Below, one piece after another: positions 60,958 to 64,000 of a DNA stretch of 64,000 nucleotides. The stretch's first letter is position 1. Each line of letters starts with the position of its first letter. The DNA is from Podarcis gaigeae. Lineage: Eukaryota. The position numbers and the translations under genes were made by a program. The notes under the pieces were generated by a model. The model saw only the letters and a list, made by a program, of their open reading frames with translations. It did not search any database and had not been told where the DNA came from. The stretch lies in NCBI GenBank assembly GCA_964106915.2, contig OZ066919.1, one strand, 5' to 3'.

Positions 60958-63222
60958 CTCTATAAAACAAAATATTGAGCATTATAAAATGGGTACCGCT
61001 GCCTATTGTGAAAGAATGCAGTCATATTTCACTGCAACAGATCCTTTGGGAAGCTAGAAGGTCTGGCACTGATAAAGCGATTTGACTAAAAACCTAACGT
61101 TAAGTGCCCTCAATGCAATATTAATCCCTTCAGCCAGCATTAACTTCTCCCCTGTCTTTCCACCATACACAGAGGTTGGAACCTGGCTGTGTGGTATATA
61201 TGACCTAGCTGAATACTGATATTTCAGCAGTCTTTTGCCTCTACAGTCCTAACATGAAATGATGTTTGAATTTCTAAGCAGATTAAGATTTTCCAGGTCA
61301 TTGAGCTAAATGAAACCAGATCTATTTGAATGAAAACTAATACTACATATTTCAAGAGACTCGATCGTGCAATGATTGTGTCCTGGTGCCTAGGAGGTGC
61401 AGAAAACAGACCTGAGAGTAGGTCTTCTCAGTAGCAGCATCTGGATTGTAGAATTTGTTATCTCAAGATACCCAGCAATCTGATTCACTTTAGATAATCA
61501 GGTATTAGGTCTAGATAGCCTCCTAGAATTGGTTCTCATTTTTGATTATTGATTCTAGGCCCAGGAGAACTTTATGATTGTTTGGTTATTTCAGTATTGG
61601 CTTTGTTTTTAATTATATGATTTATAAGCTTCTCTTAATGCTCCTTGAAGCACAAGAGGCACGCATGTTGCCTTATAAACAAAATCACAAGAACTCTCCA
61701 CATTAAATAGATATCACAATGTAAAAATCTCCTAAAAGTGTCTTATAATCTTGGATTATAGGAACTTCTTGGATCACTAGACTGAGAAATCCTGGAATCC
61801 AGTCATTTAAACTGAGAATCTTTACAAATGAAGAAAAGCATTTTTGTTGTTCCGGAACAAACAACAAGCTGATTTGGATCATGGAAATATGTATCTTTTT
61901 CTGTTCTTCCATTCATACCTTTCAACTAGATTCAGACATGCATTTCTCTTGAAACCATACCTAGGTAGGGAAAACTGGGTATTCCTGCAGGGGAACACAA
62001 TGAAGAGACTGTGCATGTTTGAGCCGCGCTTCCAGTCCCTTCTCAGGTACATTTCAGAGGGGAAAACAAGCAGTTTGTGTCAAACGCTTTACAATTGGCA
62101 CTGGGAGGCCTATAATGAATAAGCAGGCTCCAGGAGAAAAGTAACCAAGCAGCACAAGTCAATTCTGCTCTCAACTAAAAAAACAAGTAAATAACTAAAC
62201 AGTGTATGTGTTAGAACTACCATGTTCCATGCACTGACCCCACCAAGTGAGCATACACAGTAGCTATGTAGGCTTCAAAATAGCATTGCTATCATTGATA
62301 AGTTGCCCTTGCTTTAAATATTTGATGCCTACAGCTCAGAATACATTCCTGGCAGCTATCTAAACTCCAGGTATTACAAATAGCTCTGTGCTGAGAAAGC
62401 TTTGATGCTTGGCACCCAGCCAGCTTCTTTAAGCTGCTAATTCAGCAGCAATTTTGCCCTAATGAAAATGACTGTCAGGAAATGCCAGCCTTATGTACCT
62501 ATCCTTGAACTCTTTCCTACATTTTCAGGCAGAAGGTAGAAAGTCATTCTGATAATGACAAAGGAATGGCTTCTGTCACTATCTACCTAACGGTCAAACT
62601 TAATTCACTGGCATCTGTGACTCACATCTGTCTCAATAAGGCTCCAAGGCTGTGGCAGACACATCAAGCCCATGCTGGACCTACATTTTCTATTTAACTA
62701 GATCTGCCAAACACTAACTCTCTAGGTTTTGCGGTGAAGTGCAAATCAGTTCCTCAGAAGTTACAAGCCCATAATACAAGCCTGGAGACACGGCCTCTTA
62801 AATCTGGTTGAAAAGAAGACATGCATATTTAATATGCAGAAATGTACCAAATGACACACTAAAGAACACAAAAGCGAAAGTTTAGTTAATTTTTATCAAT
62901 GAAGCCAAAACCATTCAAGTAGTATTAATCATTGAATTTATTTGTCATTTTCTACCAGAAAAGTCTCAAAGTGAGTTACAACAATAGCATTCATGCAACC
63001 ACAAATATGTATGATGTGTAAAATCAACAATACACTAAAACCAATGATCCACAATCACCAAAACCAAGCAAAAATGCCCTTCCCTCACACAACACAAGGA
63101 TTCCAACTGAGATAGCCACAAGAACCCCAACAATATTAGGATCCAAATGCCTGGGAGGATTAAAAAAACAAAACAACAGCACATTTTAACCTGGTGCCCC
63201 AAATCTGTCAACATTTGTGCTA

Positions 63223-63428
63223 CAGATAGGTAGCCGTGTTGGTCTGCCATAGTCAAAACAAAAAAATTCCTTCCAGTAGCACCTTAAAGACCAACTAAGT
63301 TAGTTCTTGGTATGAGCTTTTGTGTGCATGCACAGGTATCTGAAGAAGTGTGCATGCACACGAAAGCTCATACCAAGAACTAACTTAGTTGGTCTTTAAG
63401 GTGCTACTGGAAGGAATTTTTTTGTTTT
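63223..63428. mobile_element. Short Penelope-like insertion with ~80-bp inverted arms containing a hammerhead
   Basis: Arms ~63255-63334 and ~63349-63428; TSD aacat(t/a)tgtgcta (63210-63222 / 63429-63441). Confidence 0.82.
63335..63374 (+). ncRNA. Minimal type I hammerhead ribozyme motif (Penelope-associated)
   Basis: GGTAT-CTGAAGA-A-GTGTGC-AT-GCACAC-GAAA-GC-TC-ATACC: stem I GGTAT/ATACC, core CUGANGA and GAAA, stem II GTGTGC/GCACAC, palindromic AGCU in place of helix III, UC cleavage site at 63369. Confidence 0.8.
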
Positions 63429-63973
63429 AACATATGTGCTAGCAGAGCTTCCACAAATATAGGGCTGCCACCCCAAAGGTCTGTGCTGGCAATCTTCCAG
63501 AGACTTGTTATTGGGAGGTGGTAAGGTGGTGTGTGGGAGAAAGAATGCAGGAGGGAGCCAGGAAAAAAATAATAGTGCATGTACAGCTCTTTGGACCTTT
63601 GGTGGGTAGCAAGCAAAAGGAACAAAAAGCAGTCAGAAAAACAGGTCCAAAAATGAAGCAAGAGAAATGTAGACTAAGGGGAGTATCGTGGTGCCCGAAA
63701 GAAGCTACACAACATCATCCATGTAGCATGGTAATATAAATGCTAGGCAGCGACTGCAACACAATATGCCAGCCTCAAACACCTATTTAGAAGCTTTGAA
63801 GCTAATCTGTTTAATTTGTAACTACAGCTGGCATAATGTAATGGCTAAGAGGCTGAGCAATGAATCAGGAAGAGCCTGGGTTGACTCTTACCTCTGTCAC
63901 AAACTCACTAGGAGGCTGCAGGCAAACCTTACTGTCTTTTAGGCTCCCCCTGCAATGTGGGGGATAACAAATA

Positions 63974-64000
63974 CAGTGGTGCCTCGCAAGACGAAATTAA
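63974..64000. mobile_element. Start of a second copy of the 28567-type Tigger-like element
   Basis: TA|CAGTGGTGCCTCGCAAGACGAAATTAA, the exact reverse complement of 29892-29918. Confidence 0.85.

Noticed and set aside
52000-64000. CDC14A exon 5 (VIYLKKTPEEAY...)
   Set aside because: Not found by eye; presumed to lie beyond the right edge of the window

Overview
Vertebrate genomic DNA, almost certainly from a squamate and probably a lacertid lizard, judged from its Sauria/Squam SINEs, Bov-B and squamate-type L2/CR1 copies. Two genes lie on the minus strand in the same order as in mammals. The first is the 3' two-thirds of CDC14A, a dual-specificity phosphatase: 11 coding exons equivalent to human exons 6-16 at 51945..26233, all GT-AG and in frame, with a 3'UTR to about 24040. 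Exons 1-5 lie beyond the right edge. The second is the single-coding-exon orphan GPCR GPR88 (14314..13196, 372 aa). The rest is intronic or intergenic DNA rich in retroelements and hAT or Tc1/mariner MITEs, many with visible target-site duplications. The most notable non-annotated signal is a family of four ~100-200 bp Penelope-type insertions; two carry an intact minimal hammerhead ribozyme core, one of them in sense orientation in CDC14A intron 12. Other signals: a templated copy of the exon-6 splice donor, candidate alternative or poison 3' exons of CDC14A, a hAT MITE in the GPR88 3'UTR, and a 1.35-kb MITE built from nested palindromes. All coordinates were read by eye. Repeat family names come from recalled consensus features, not from database searches.
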